A stretch of 64,000 nt of DNA from Vicugna vicugna (lineage: Eukaryota). Below the pieces are notes generated by a model, which had not been told where the DNA came from, ran no database searches, and was given only the letters and a program-made list of their open reading frames with translations. Positions 45,721 to 58,100 of the stretch are shown piece by piece. The DNA is taken from positions 434,001-498,000 of the forward strand of contig MU059441.1 in NCBI GenBank assembly GCA_013265495.1, given 5' to 3'. The position numbers were made by a program, and so were the translations under genes. Position 1 is the first letter of the stretch; each line of letters begins with the position of its first letter.

Positions 45721-48700
45721 CCTAGGGCTGGAGGAAGCCTGCACACGTGTCCCCTGAGCAGCGGACGTAAGAGTTCTGGGAGGATGGAAGGAGGCAGGCT
45801 GTGAGGAGGACGAAGCAGGGGAGGCAGCCAGGTGCCGCTCTTGGCGGGAGGCGTAGAAGTTCCTTCAGTGCGGAGCTTCACCCTCCCAGCAGAGCCTGGC
45901 TGGAGGGGCGGGTGGAGAACGCGGTGAGGAGGGCTTGGCCGCTCCCCCGTGGACTCACCAGTCCCCTCCGCCTCCTCCACCGAGGCTGCCTCAGTTCCCG
46001 CGACTCCCTGAGAAGTGACCCCCCAGTGACTGCTGGGCACAACTGCGTTTCTGTCTCTCTGCTGGCACAAAGGGCTCCAGCAGCCAGGGGCTCTGCTCCC
46101 CGGGACAGGGCAGCGTGGCCCAGGCCTCCCCTCCACGCAGGGTCCCAGGGTGGGACCCCCGGCAGCCCATGCTGACAGCAGTGAGGCCCATCACTGGAGA
46201 CGTGTCCCATGACAAGTGACACTATAGAAGGCCCTGTATCTCCACCCCTCTGCACTCACCTGTGTCCTTACGGCCTGGGCTCACACCGCTGCCAGCTGCC
46301 CTCTGTACGTTTCCTTGCCCTTCCGCAGCCTGCAGAGCCGTCCAGTCTGGGACGAACGTGCCCCATGTCCTGTTTCGTTTTCTGGAGCTCAGGTGGAGGC
46401 CGAACCTGTTCCCGAGTGTCCCGGTCACTTGTACGTGAGGCTGGCTGTAAGGGCACTGGCTGGGAGGCGGGGACCCCGAAGCAGGAGCAGCCCACCCGGG
46501 CAGGCGGGGGTGTGGACGGTGTGGCATCTCCCGAGGGTGGCCCTGGGGAAGTGGTGGCTGTCAGGCTGGGCCGAAGGGCCCTGGGCATGACCCAGGGGTG
46601 CGACGTCAGTCCTGAGTGGCGTGGGGGCTGCCGAGGAGTCCGAACTCCTTGTCTGCTGTCTTCCCGCCTCTCACGCCCCTCGTGCCAGTGCACCATGAGG
46701 GGAGGGAGGGCTCCCCACCACGGGGGCCTGCAGGGGGCCCAGGGTGGCTGATGAGGGGAAGGGAGCTGCTCCGGGAGTCCCCCCGGGTCCCCTACCCCTG
46801 CCAGCTCACCGGGGGGGCCCGTGTCAGCCCCCTGAACCCAGATCTTGTGCAGGGAGCTGCTGGTCCCCCCACTGGGGTGGTGGTCGGGTGGGCTCAGCTC
46901 CCTGGGAGAGCAAGGGCCTGGGGCCGCTGGTCCGGGGTCCTCCCTCTGCGTGGGGTCCCGGCCCCTGAAGGCTGACCCTGCCCCGTCCTGCCCCGTCCCG
47001 CCCCGTCGTCTCAGAGCCGGCAGGTTAATTTCCTGCCAGGCCAGCAGTAGTGGTCTCGGCAGCTGCGGCCCCTCAGAACCATCTCCCTGCAGTCGTGAGG
47101 CATGTCACCCAGTCCCCCGCAGGAGCCCAAGTCCTGTCTAGCAGGTGGCCTCGACCTTCCCTGCCGCTGGCCCTGTGACCCTCGAGAGCGGCTGCTGCGT
47201 GCTGCTCGGGGCCGGACCACCTTGTTCAGTTTTTCTATGTGTCTTACGGCCACTCCCGGTCTTCTGAGCCGCTCTGACGACCTTTGGGACCCGCGTGCTG
47301 GCCCTGCCCCGCGGTCCCCTTCCCACCCGCCTGTGGTCACAGCCCTGCACCTCCTGCTGCAGCCCGGCTGCGTTATGAGATGGCCTTGTCCGCCGTCTCT
47401 GCCTGTGCTGCACTGTGCTTGCAGATATGGAGACAGAACCCGGAACGTGGGGCCTCGTGGAGCCTGCGGGGCCCTCTCGGTGCCGCGGCGTTTCCTATAG
47501 GCGTTGGCGCGGCCCAGGGAGCAGACACACGGACAGTTGTAGGTGTGCCCTCTTGCTCTGCTCGTCCAGGTGTTCCTTGTGGGAGGAGCAGAGCTCTTGT
47601 CTGAGTCTGTCCCTGCTCTAGGGCGGAGGAGCGCTGGGTGCATCCGGCCCGGCCTCGGCTCCCGGTCTGCGGACAGATGGTGTGCGCTGTGTCACAGCAC
47701 TTCCGGGCGGGTATGCCCAGGTGCTCCTCAGAGGCAAAGTCCCTCTCCTGGCGGTGATGCCACATCCTGCAGAAAGGAATCCTTTTTCCAGGGTCCTTTA
47801 CAGCTGCTAGTAAACACTTAGTGAGAACCCTTACGTTCGAAATGTTAAGCTGAGTTAATTAGTAATTTTTGTAGTAAAGAGGGGAGTTACTTTCCACTTA
47901 AGTAATGATGTATACTTGGTATGTGTTGAGCTATGTTATCCCCACAAAGCCTGCTGTTTACCAGTTTTCTCAAACTGCTCTAAAATTAGAAGTTGGAATC
48001 ATAGGAGGTGGGAAGCCATGAAGAAAATTCATCTGTGTTTTGGAGAAACAAAAGGTCTGACGTTTCCGCTGAGAACTGATGATGGATTGAGCGTGTCTGC
48101 AGTGATCTGGGGCAGCAGAGGGGGTCCCTGAGCGAGGGTACCAGAGTTCCCACACGTGCACTTTTCCTTTTTTCCAACCCTCTTTCCTCTTTTGATTTTC
48201 TTCTCTAAGAAAAGTCTCAAACCAGGAAATATCAGAGAGCTAGGAAACTTACTACGAAGAACCAAATTTTAGTGTCCCACTGCAGCTTCACCCTTTGGGA
48301 TAAAAAAATTAGATGTTTCAGCGGTTGGAGTTCTTTTTGGAGCAGCAACTTGGCCCTCGGAGCCCACATGGTGTCCTTGGTTCCCGTGTCTGCTTCCCAA
48401 CTTCCCCGTGGTCTGGCCTGGGTGAGTGGAGTCACCTGCCACTCAGGTCGGTCACGGTGAGCCTGGCATTCCCCCACCCCTAGACTGTCCAGGTGGAGAG
48501 GCCTGAGGTCAGACTGCCCAGAGTGGCACGGCCAGCTGGCCCTCCCTCCCAGGCAGCAGTCCTGGGGGGGAGCACTGGGTTTCCGGGCCTGGACAGCACC
48601 TGCTCCCGCTCCTGGACCAGGGCCCGGCCCTCAGAACCCCCCTCCTCCCTGTGCACCCCCCACCCACTCCTCCTCCCACAGCTGCGTCCATGTCTGGCAG

Positions 48701-50120
48701 AGAGAGTGGACGGCCCCGTTTCGCTAAGGTCCCTGGAGTCTGCCCCGCGGTCTGGACTCCTTGGGAAAACCTGGCACCTCAGTGGGACTTAATTTTAAAA
48801 CACATATTGCAAAGTCAGTTGAGCTCAGTTTGACAGATACTTTGCTTAAAAATTCTTGTAATTGTTTGCAGTAAAAGATAGGAAGGATTTCAGAGTGATG
48901 CACGATGATTTGTGACATTTCAGGGAGGCGGCAAACACACACCGTTTACACCCAGCCGCAGCTCGGCTGTGGTCTGCAGCCTCTGGGGAGAGGGGGGGTT
49001 CTTCTCTGGGTGGGAGGGAACGTTCTGCAGGTGGGAACTTGCCACTTTGATGAGGGCCTCGGGGGCCCAGACCCGGGAGGGCGGGCGTCAGCAGGAGGTG
49101 GGAAGAGAGGGCTGCAGGGCTGTGAAGTCCTGGGACCCAGACCCTGGCGGAATCGAATTCTGGTAACTCTGGCAGGAGTAAGGTGAGGTCTCAGATGTGA
49201 GTGATCAGTTAAGGCTGCCCCAGTGCATTGATTTCCTTAAAAGCTTGCTCTGTGGATGCTGTTTAAATATATTTATTAAAACACCCGAATTTAAACGCTG
49301 TGACCAAGGCCCATGTTTTTAAAATAGAAGCTCCTTTACTAACAGACTTTTATAGAAATAAGCAGTGGTGTGTCAGAGTTCAGTCTGTGGCCGTCTGTTG
49401 TCTAGTTGAAGCATATTAGGGACATCCCGCCTCGCACAGGTATGTGCCTCACAGAGGGAGGTTTTGTGGGCCCTCCAAGGGTCCTGGGGGCCCCAGTCTC
49501 AGAACACCCTTTGGGAGTCTGCCTGTGGATGACGGTGGGGAAGGCCGTGGGGATGACTTTTCAGACAGAGATGCTGTTTGTTCTGCGGATGAGGCCTGTC
49601 CCTTTCCAGTTACTGAGCGTCGTCCTTTCCTGTCCCCCAGAGGGCCTGGGCTGTTACTGGCCACCATCCGCTCTCTGTATGTTCCAGGCGAGCCGGATGA
49701 CACAGGAGGTACCCCGTAACTTGCCCCCTGCCATGCTGCAGTCCTCGCATTCTGACTCCGTTTCCCCGTCTCTCCTGCTCTGACCCCGCTGCCTGCCTCC
49801 TCACGGCTTCTCAGGTCGCTTTTTCCTGGTGGCTGCGGGGGAGCCACAGCTCCGGGGGGCAAAGGGGGCCGGTGCCGAGGGAGGAGGCCCTTGTGCCCCT
49901 GGGGCCCCAGCCGCAGGCATCCTCCAGACTCTTCCTGAGCCCCACTTGGAATCGGGAGCTGGGGCCACCTCCAGAGCCCCTCACCCCCTTTTTCCAGGAC
50001 AGCACCTCTGCCTTGGGATTCAGCCTCACTCCCGCAGACCCCTCCAGCGCCACCCGGCCCCTCATCTCCTCCACTCCGGAGGTTCCTTTGTTCCACACAG
50101 TGAGGGCGAGGCCGCGGAGC

Positions 50121-50235
50121 AGCCTCCCCCCGCCAGCGCCTCCTCCAGCCTCTCCCTGGCCTCCCTCCGTTTCCTCCAGCCTCCCTCTGGCCTCTCTCTG
50201 GCCTCCCCCCGCCTCTGTCCGGCCTCTCTCCAGCC
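50121..50235. repeat. Degenerate ~11-bp pyrimidine-rich tandem repeat (RGCCTCYCYCY, about 9 units)
   Basis: agcctctccct/ggcctccctcc/agcctccctct/ggcctctctct/ggcctcccccc/ggcctctctcc. Confidence 0.65.
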
Positions 50236-52559
50236 AGCTGCAACGGACACGAGGCCCTTCCCCCGAGGACGCACCGTGATGACAGAGGCCACATGGATGC
50301 TGGAGCAGGAAGGTAGAGGGAGCCCATGGGGGCATTGACACCACGGCTTCATCCCTGGGGCCCGAGCCCCGGTTGCTGTAGATTATCATAGTTGAATCGA
50401 ATCCTAACTGGTCAGGAGGCCCTGAGACATGACGTGTGTCTCACACTGGAGCAAAGGCACAGTTGAGAACCCCCTTCTGCTGCACCCAGCATGTGTACCC
50501 TCACTCAGCAGACACTGGCTGCTCTTCTGTTCCAGGCCCTGAGCCGGTTCCTGTGGCTGAACCGTGCCCCATTCACTGCGTGCTGGGTTCTGAGGCGCTG
50601 AGCCGCCCTTGCGTGTGGTGGGACTTGTGGAGGCCGTGGGCCATGGAGGGGGCAGGGCCCAGTGGAGAGAGACAGGGGCCCCTGGGTGCCACGGGGCGGG
50701 GCCAGAGATGCACCCTCCCCTGCAGCCAGCGCTGGGAGAGCTCGCCAGCGGCAGGGACCGGAGACGAGGGCTGAGGCCGGGAAGGCGTGTGGGTGCCTGC
50801 CTCCCCTGTGCATGCATTTCACAGAGGCAAGGCCGCTGGGCGGGCTTGGAGAGAAGGGAAGCCCTGGGGTCATGCGGGGCTGCAGGTTGCAGGACCCGGG
50901 GGTGGTGGGCTACAAGATGGCCGGAAGGGCGGGGCACCCAGCACAGAGAAGCTTGAATGGACGATGGAGACACAGCCGCACTTTCCACGCACCTGCCGGG
51001 ACGGTGCTTTCTACCTGGTCACCCTAGGGCCGGGCTGCGCACCTCCCACACAGAGCTGCCCTGGCAGAGGCCTGAGCCCAAGAGGCCCCCAGTGCAGGAA
51101 TGTGACCACATGAGTCCACTGGGATCCCACGTCACTGCAGCGCCGGCCACGGGAGAGCAGAGCTCAGTGCCTGAGGGGAGGCACGTGAGCCTGGCCACTG
51201 CAGGCTCAGGGTCTGCTCCACTGAGATGGGCAACCAGGGATGTGGGCTCCACGCTTGCAGGAGGCTGGCCGCCTCAGGCAGGTGCAGAGGGCATGAACCA
51301 CAGGGAGGAAACTGGCCCGTTCTGCGAGGACAGTGGAGGCTCCTGGAAGGTGGTGGCCTCAGAGCCGCTGTGAAGAGCCACTGTGAAGAACTGTGCCTGC
51401 ACCTTGGAGCAGCCCGGGGCTGTGGGGTCAGGGTAGGGAGCAGAAGCAGGCCAGCTGGCTCTGCCTCGACCCCCTTGGAGGACAGAGGACGAGATGCTGT
51501 GTCCCGGACTCAGAGGGTGGCTGCCTGAAGCATCAGTGCTCCCCAGCCACGCCCACCAATGCTCCCAGAGTCGCGCAGCCCCTGCCCTCCACCTGCCTGA
51601 GCACTCATGAGCCCCTCGCGCCCCTGCGGCAGGTGTCCCTGCCCACGACCGCTGCACCCTTCCCCCTGCTCCCCACGCCTCCTTCGTGCAGCTCCGGCAG
51701 CACCGAGGGGCTTTGAGTGTCAGAGGCATCCTTTACAGGAAGGAGCCTGATGCCACGGCAGCCCGGCCTGCCGTCTCCCACCAGGTCCGCAGGAGGCACT
51801 GCAGGGGCGGCGGGCTGGACCCTGTTCGCGTGTGTGTGCTCGTGCGTGTGTGTGCGTACTTCTGGTCACGCGCTGCGGGGCCAGCACAGGGAACCGGGCG
51901 CTGTCAGCAGTTTGGAGAAGTTTGGAGAAGTCATGAACAGCTGAGTGAGGGCGTCCCAGGCGTGCACATGCTCCTCCTAGCCAGCAGGGCTGGAGTCCGC
52001 TGTGGCTCCGCCCACGTGTGTGGTGGTCCCACCCACAGGCCGTGGGGAGGAGGCAGAGTGGGGGGAGCAGGTTGGAGGGTCTCTGCCCCCACCAGCAGCC
52101 CCTGCATTTCCCCAGGGGGTCTTCTGGGAGGACAGCCTGTGGGGACAGGAACAGCAGCTCTGTGGTCTGAGTTTGGGAGCGGGTGTTCTCCAGGAACCTT
52201 CCAGGTCGCCACGAGCAGGCTTTGTGATGATGTGCGAACTCCCGAGGCACGTCTCCTTTGGTGCCCTGGTCTTCCAGGCGTGTTTCTGAGCAGGGCCTCT
52301 CCACCCTGGAGCCCCCAGAGTAAAGGAGTGTGTCACTTTGGATGGGATTCCCGCAGGGGCGGGGGGCACGGAGACGGAAGTGCAGAAGCTGCAGGTCTTG
52401 GCAGGCGGGGAAGCTCTTGGGGAAGGAGCAGCGGAGGAGGGGCTTTTTAGGAGGTGTCCTTGGGGCTGTGGCTTTGGCCACGTGGGATGGCGGATCGGGT
52501 GACTCCCTTTAGCAGCTCCTTTCTGCCAGGCAGGTCTGGGTCAGCGATCTGGGAGAGTG

Positions 52560-52920
52560 TGGAGCAGAAAGACAGGCTGGGCAGAGGAGGCCAGTGAGGC
52601 CGGAGCCTGGGGGAGAGGCTTGTGAGGAGGGTGGGGGCCCTGGGATGCTGGAAGCAGCCGTGACTGCTCTTGGGGAGATGGCGTGGGTTCCTGGGGTAGT
52701 AAACCAGTCAGGCAGGTCTGAGTGTGGAGGACCAGTTAGGAGGTGCTGCTCAGTCCCCAGTGAGTGGCAGGGACCGAGGGTGAGGGAGGGGGAGCTGAGA
52801 GGTGGGTGGACTCGGTGTGAGTCTGAGGTTAAGCGACCAGGCTCGCTGGTGGGTCTGCGGGTTGTTATGGACAGACGAGTGGTCGCGGGCTGAGGCTTTC
52901 ATCCTGGAAGCAGGGATGCG
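52560..52920 (-). mobile_element. L2 fragment, antisense
   Basis: ggaccagttaggaggtgctgctcagtccccagtgagtggcagggacc..ggactcggtgtgagtctgaggttaagcgaccaggctcgctgg. Confidence 0.5.
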
Positions 52921-55024
52921 GTGTGGATCTCAGAGCCAGCCCTGCTCCGGAGCTCCCACCTCAGCACGGTGCCTGGGCCTTGTCCTGGGCCCAAGGGGTG
53001 GGGCTGCTGGGCTATGGGGGCACCTGTGCTTGTCGGCGCACCAGCTGCCTCTCAGGGACGTGCTGGCTGAGATGCCTCCTGCGGCCTGACTGCCACCTGC
53101 CTGTCCTCTGGGCCCGCGGCTCCGCTCTGCCCGGCACAGCCCAGCTGTCTCCTTGGAGCAGCCTGTTCTGCACAGGACTGGCGGGCTCTGCCATGGTAAG
53201 CGGGTGGCTCTTCAGCTGAGAGGCAGTGTCCCGGAGAGGCTGTGAGACCCGGTACAGAACCTGGACACTCCACCGCAGTGCTGGGATCTCCCCGTGGGGA
53301 AGGGTGCATTCGGACCTTCGCAGCTTCCTTGGTGCCGCCGCTCTGCCCGGTGTGTTGGGCATCCCTGGAAACCCCACTGGACAGTCCTGGCCGTGCCCTC
53401 GGGAGGCCGTGGGTCTGTCCCTGCCCTGATCCACACCCCTCGCCTGCTCTGCACGGCCGCCTTCCTCGTAATCCAGCCTCTTCCTCATTTTCACACGAGA
53501 TGCGACTCCTGGAACCTCGGGATCTGGTCACCTCCTTGGGAGCCGTCAAGGTTGCTCCTCTTCAAACAGACTCCCTTCCTCCCAGGGAGGCACAGCCCTT
53601 CCGGCCCGACGCTCACACCTTCCACTCTGTCCCAGGTGCGAGTGCTGCTGCCTGGAGGAGATCTTCCTTTTCTCAGAAAGCTCTCATTGCCCGAAAGTCT
53701 CCTTGGCTGACTTGTGTGTGATTGGGCGATGCAGCTTTGGGAGGCGGGTGTGTGACGGATGCTCTGGCTAAAGGAGGTGTGCACCTCTGCTCTCCAGGTT
53801 CAGGTGACGTGTTGCCTGTCTGACCTGTGGGGACCACGCGGGCCTCCCCAGGTGACAGGCAGATGGGTCTGCCCACGTGTGGTTACCGTGCCGGGCAGCT
53901 GGGCTGCAGATCAGGGGCTGAGTCTGGAGGGAGGGGTGTCCCGGCCAGCGGGGAGCAGGGCGCAGGGGCAGGGGGCGCCCAGAGGGATCCCTGGGCCTTC
54001 AGGAGGCTCGGGGAAGGGTCTCCATAGACTGTGACCAGGGAGGGGCCTTCGTTTGTCCTCCTGTGAGACTCGGCAGGTGGAGAGCCACACAGCCAGGCAG
54101 GAAACGCTGAGGCTGCCGTGAGCTGGGAGCAGAGCCCCAGCAGCGGTGCCGAGCTGCATGGGATGGGTGTTCTGTGCGCGTTCACGTATCTGAATTAGCG
54201 CCACGCGCACATGTGAGCCTTGTAAGACCACGCAGAGCGGGGTGCCTGTCTTCCGCCAGCCCTCATCCCACTCGCCAGGAGGAGCCACTGGGCACGCTTT
54301 CCTGCTAACTTCCCGAGCCTCACCCGGGCAGAGTCTCGCAGCGTTGCCCTACCGCGGACTGCTTGCGCCCTAGTGACACGTCTCAGGCTCTCCCTTTGCC
54401 GGCAAGCCCAGCCATCCTCGTGCTTGTTAACAGATGCAGAGCTAAAATCACAGACTCTTCAAGCCGGAAGGAGCTCTCACCTCAGCCGGGTCTGATTGGC
54501 TCGTTGTGCAGGAACCTGGAGAGGTGCAGTGATGTGCGGCAGGGCAGTGAGTCCGTGCAGGGGAGGGCTCCCCAGGGGCTGGTGTCGGGTGACCGGTAGT
54601 GATGACCGCTCCAGCAGCAGCCCCTGCATCCATCCCTCTGGGCTGTCGGCAGCAGGGGAGGGCAGGAGAGAGGACAGGCGGGCCTCTGCACACGCCAAGG
54701 CCAGTGCACGAGACGCTGAGTAGAGATGCCACCTGGGCAGGGAGACGTGTGTCCAGGCTCCGGGAGAGGCTCCGTCTGTGTCAGCGTAACAGGCCTGCCG
54801 TCGTCTGGGCAGCAATCGTCCGGCACCCCGGATCCTCTGTGTCTTGAGGGACTCAGGCATCAAAGCAGAGCTGGGTGCAGGAGGCTGGCCCCTCCTACTC
54901 CTTTGCCGTGTTTGCTGGCCTCACCCCACTGGCACCACAACCAGCTTTCTGGTTCCCAAGGGAGACCTGGGAGAGCCGTTACAATCTGTGGGGCCAGCTT
55001 GTCCCCCCAGTGCTCGTGCCCTGG

Positions 55025-55110
55025 GCGTGTGTGCCCCCAGGTGTGTGTCCCCAGGGTGTGTGTGCCCCCCGCAGTGTGTGTGCCCCCCCAGGTGCGTGTG
55101 CCAGGGTGTG
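55025..55110. repeat. Short minisatellite, about 5 imperfect copies of GTGTGTG(T)CCCCC(C)AG
   Basis: gcgtgtgtgcccccag gtgtgtgtccccagg gtgtgtgtgccccccgca gtgtgtgtgcccccccag gtgcgtgtgccagg. Confidence 0.8.
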
Positions 55111-58100
55111 AGAGCTGAGACTACAGACTAGAAAGGGCACGTCTTTCTGGAATGTCAATTCTACATTAATCTTTTGGGGGGAGAAATGCTATTTTCATAT
55201 TAAAGCCAACACATGGCAGAATAGCATGGAAAATTCAAGTTATTCTTCAAGATAAACAGGTGATTTCAAAGCAATTTCATCATTCTTCAACCTCAGGCCC
55301 CCCCGGCCCCATGGCCCTGGACCCTGGGGTGTATCCCTCCTCTGCGTGGGACTTGGTTGTGAAGTGTTTTGGTCGGATTAGGTAGGTTTTGTCAAGCAAG
55401 TAGAAGTTTATCTTAAGCTAGAACCAGCAGGTCGGCAGGGCTAGGGCCTCCCTCCCACCCCTGACTCTGCTCCCCCAACTCCGACCCACAGCTCTGCCCA
55501 GGGTCCCAGAGTTTCTCTCCTGGCTTTGGTCCACCCTGGCCCTGACCCCTGACCCCGTGTTACCTCCACGGTCCACTGGCCATGTCTCTGCTTATTGCCA
55601 GAGGAAACCTGGCTCGCCAGCCTCTTCTCACCCCGGCCAGAGCGAGGCGCCCAGGGCCAGCTGGAGCTGAGCCTGCTCCCTGGGGCCACTGCTGCTGGAC
55701 GGCAGGGGGTCTGAGCCTGGAGGGGACGTGGGCCCGCTGGAGCAGGAGGCTCCGGCCCAGCCTGGGCTCCTCTTGGACCCAGGGTGTCCGTCGCCCTGGC
55801 GGGCCTGCCATGGCTCATCCTTCCTGTTCTTTACCGTGGGCGCCTCCTCCCAGCCTTCTGGACCATCTTGTCTTTCACTCTATCCCTTTGCTCTGAAACG
55901 TCCCCCCCCATCCCCCCCCGCCCCCAGGCACCCGGATAGAGGCCTCGGGAGCGTGGGCCGCCTGGTCTCAGGGCAGTCTCCTTGCCGAGGCAGATGCATG
56001 TGGGCGCAGAACTTCTCGGATCCACATGAGGAACAGAGACGCCTGGTTCAGGCCTCTGTGGCCTGAGTCACCGCTCCTGACATGTCCCTCCCTCCCACCC
56101 CTGTGGGGTCCGGTGCAGAGCCGTCCTGAGGCCTTTGCTGTGTGGCCCTTGGCTGTGGAGAGCCACAGCTGACTCATGGGGGGGTCCAGGCTCTGTCTGA
56201 CTGCCACGGGCCACCAGCAAGTCACAGACGTGGAGTTAAAATTCACGTCTCTTGATTTTTTTCCGAATACCTTTTTATTTTCTATTGTGCTCTGCATTTT
56301 TTCTTCAAACTATGTAGATACCCATTTAGCCAAATAGGTTTCTGCAAATGTAAACGCCAGCTAGCTAGCAGCACAGGCCTGGCAGGCCACCCGGCTTCCG
56401 TGTGAGAGCAGCTAGGCCTGCCCTGCGGCCCTGCCTCTGGCCTCTGCACCCTGAGCAGGGCCCCCCCAACCCCGGACAGGAGCTGAGCCTGCCCCAGCCG
56501 GCCCTGTGGCAGAGCACACAGCCAGCTGGCGAGGGCTCTGCAGTCCACCAGCCCGTGGTCTCCACTGTCCGTGGGTGACCGGACTCCCAGGAAGCCCCAA
56601 GCTGCTTGTCCGTGGGGGCGGCCTTAGCCCCTCCCAGCCCAGGGCCCGGGAAGGACAGGAGCTTGAGGAGGCAGCCCTCTACCCCAGGCACACCTCCACT
56701 CCTCGCCAGGAGAAGCAGCTCATGGGTGGCAGTCGGTGCTCGCCCAGGGTGCGGTGTCCAGTGGAAATCAGACCCCAAAGTCCTGTGCGGTTATGACAAT
56801 GTGACAGTATGTTCCGTGGACCCAGGGCTGTCCGGGGTGCCGCATGTGTGTCCGTGTCTGCATCTGAGTCTGCATTCCCGTCTACACTTGTATCACATCT
56901 GTCCACACAGGTGGGTGCCCAGGCTCTGTTTCCTCACTCCCTTGAGAGGGGAGAACGGTAACCCCCCACCATACACTGCACCATGTGACAAGACTCAGTC
57001 CGGCCCTCGGAGGGTCAGGGTCCGGAGAGCCCGCCCCAAGCCCTGGCCCTCCCAGTGGTGGAGCAGGGCTGACGGACTTTTCTCCAGGACGTCTCACACA
57101 TCCAAATACCTGTAGGAGAGTCTCACCTGAAGCCAGTGTCACACACACTCGTTAGCCGTTTGCAGGCCACTGTGGCCCAGAGGTGACATGGGCAGTGCTG
57201 AGGTGACTCGCGAGAATGGGGCAGAGGGAGCCTGAGACCTGCACGTCTGAGCAAGCTGAGGAACCGGCCGCTCTCTGGTTCACACAACTGGCCCGACTCC
57301 CGCGGCCCTTGGCCCAGGGCAGACAGATGGGCCCTAGTGTGTGGCACGGAGCACCAGAGGGAGCTGGCAGAGGAGTGACGCTGCCCAGAGGTGGGGAACG
57401 CTCTTGTCGGGAATGGAAGCGTGAATGGGGGTCTCCCTGGAGGTCGGTACTGGGAGGACCTGGCAGGGTGGACGAGGCCGGGGGCACGGAAGACGGCAAG
57501 TCTTGATGTGCAGAGCCTGCCGGGGGCTCCACGGGCATCCTTCCGGGAGGGCAGTGGCTCAGGAGAGCCCTGGACGCTGCTCTGCAGGTGGCAGGGGCGG
57601 GGGGCTGTGAGCTGAAAGCTGAGTTGGAGGGATCGGGGACTCCTCGAGCCCTGGCCCGGGGCCCAGAGGCCCTCACGGCCACCCCGATGTCACTGGGACT
57701 CCCCACTCCAGGTAGCTGGGCTCCTAGGCTTCACGTTGCCTGCATGTGACCGTGTGTTGGCTCTGGGTTTGGTCTGCACGGCCTTCGATGCGTTAGAGCC
57801 CTTGCTGGGGACAGGTGAACACGTGGGCGGCATGTGGGCCTGCTCTGGGTCCTCCCCTGCCCCTCGAGGTTCCAACCCTCGTGTCTGCATCCGGCAGAGC
57901 GTAGATGCTCCTGCTGAGCCTGTCACTCTAGGGGTGCAGGGCCAGCCTGTTTCCTGCCCCGGACACACCGCCCAGATGGGAGGGCCTGTTTGACGGCTCG
58001 GTTCTCGTGGCCACGGAGCAGAACCAGTGAATGTTGCTCTTCCTCGTTCCCGCAGCATTTGGTAAGCAGGGTGGGGTCCAAGTTCCTGGTTCTCGCATGA

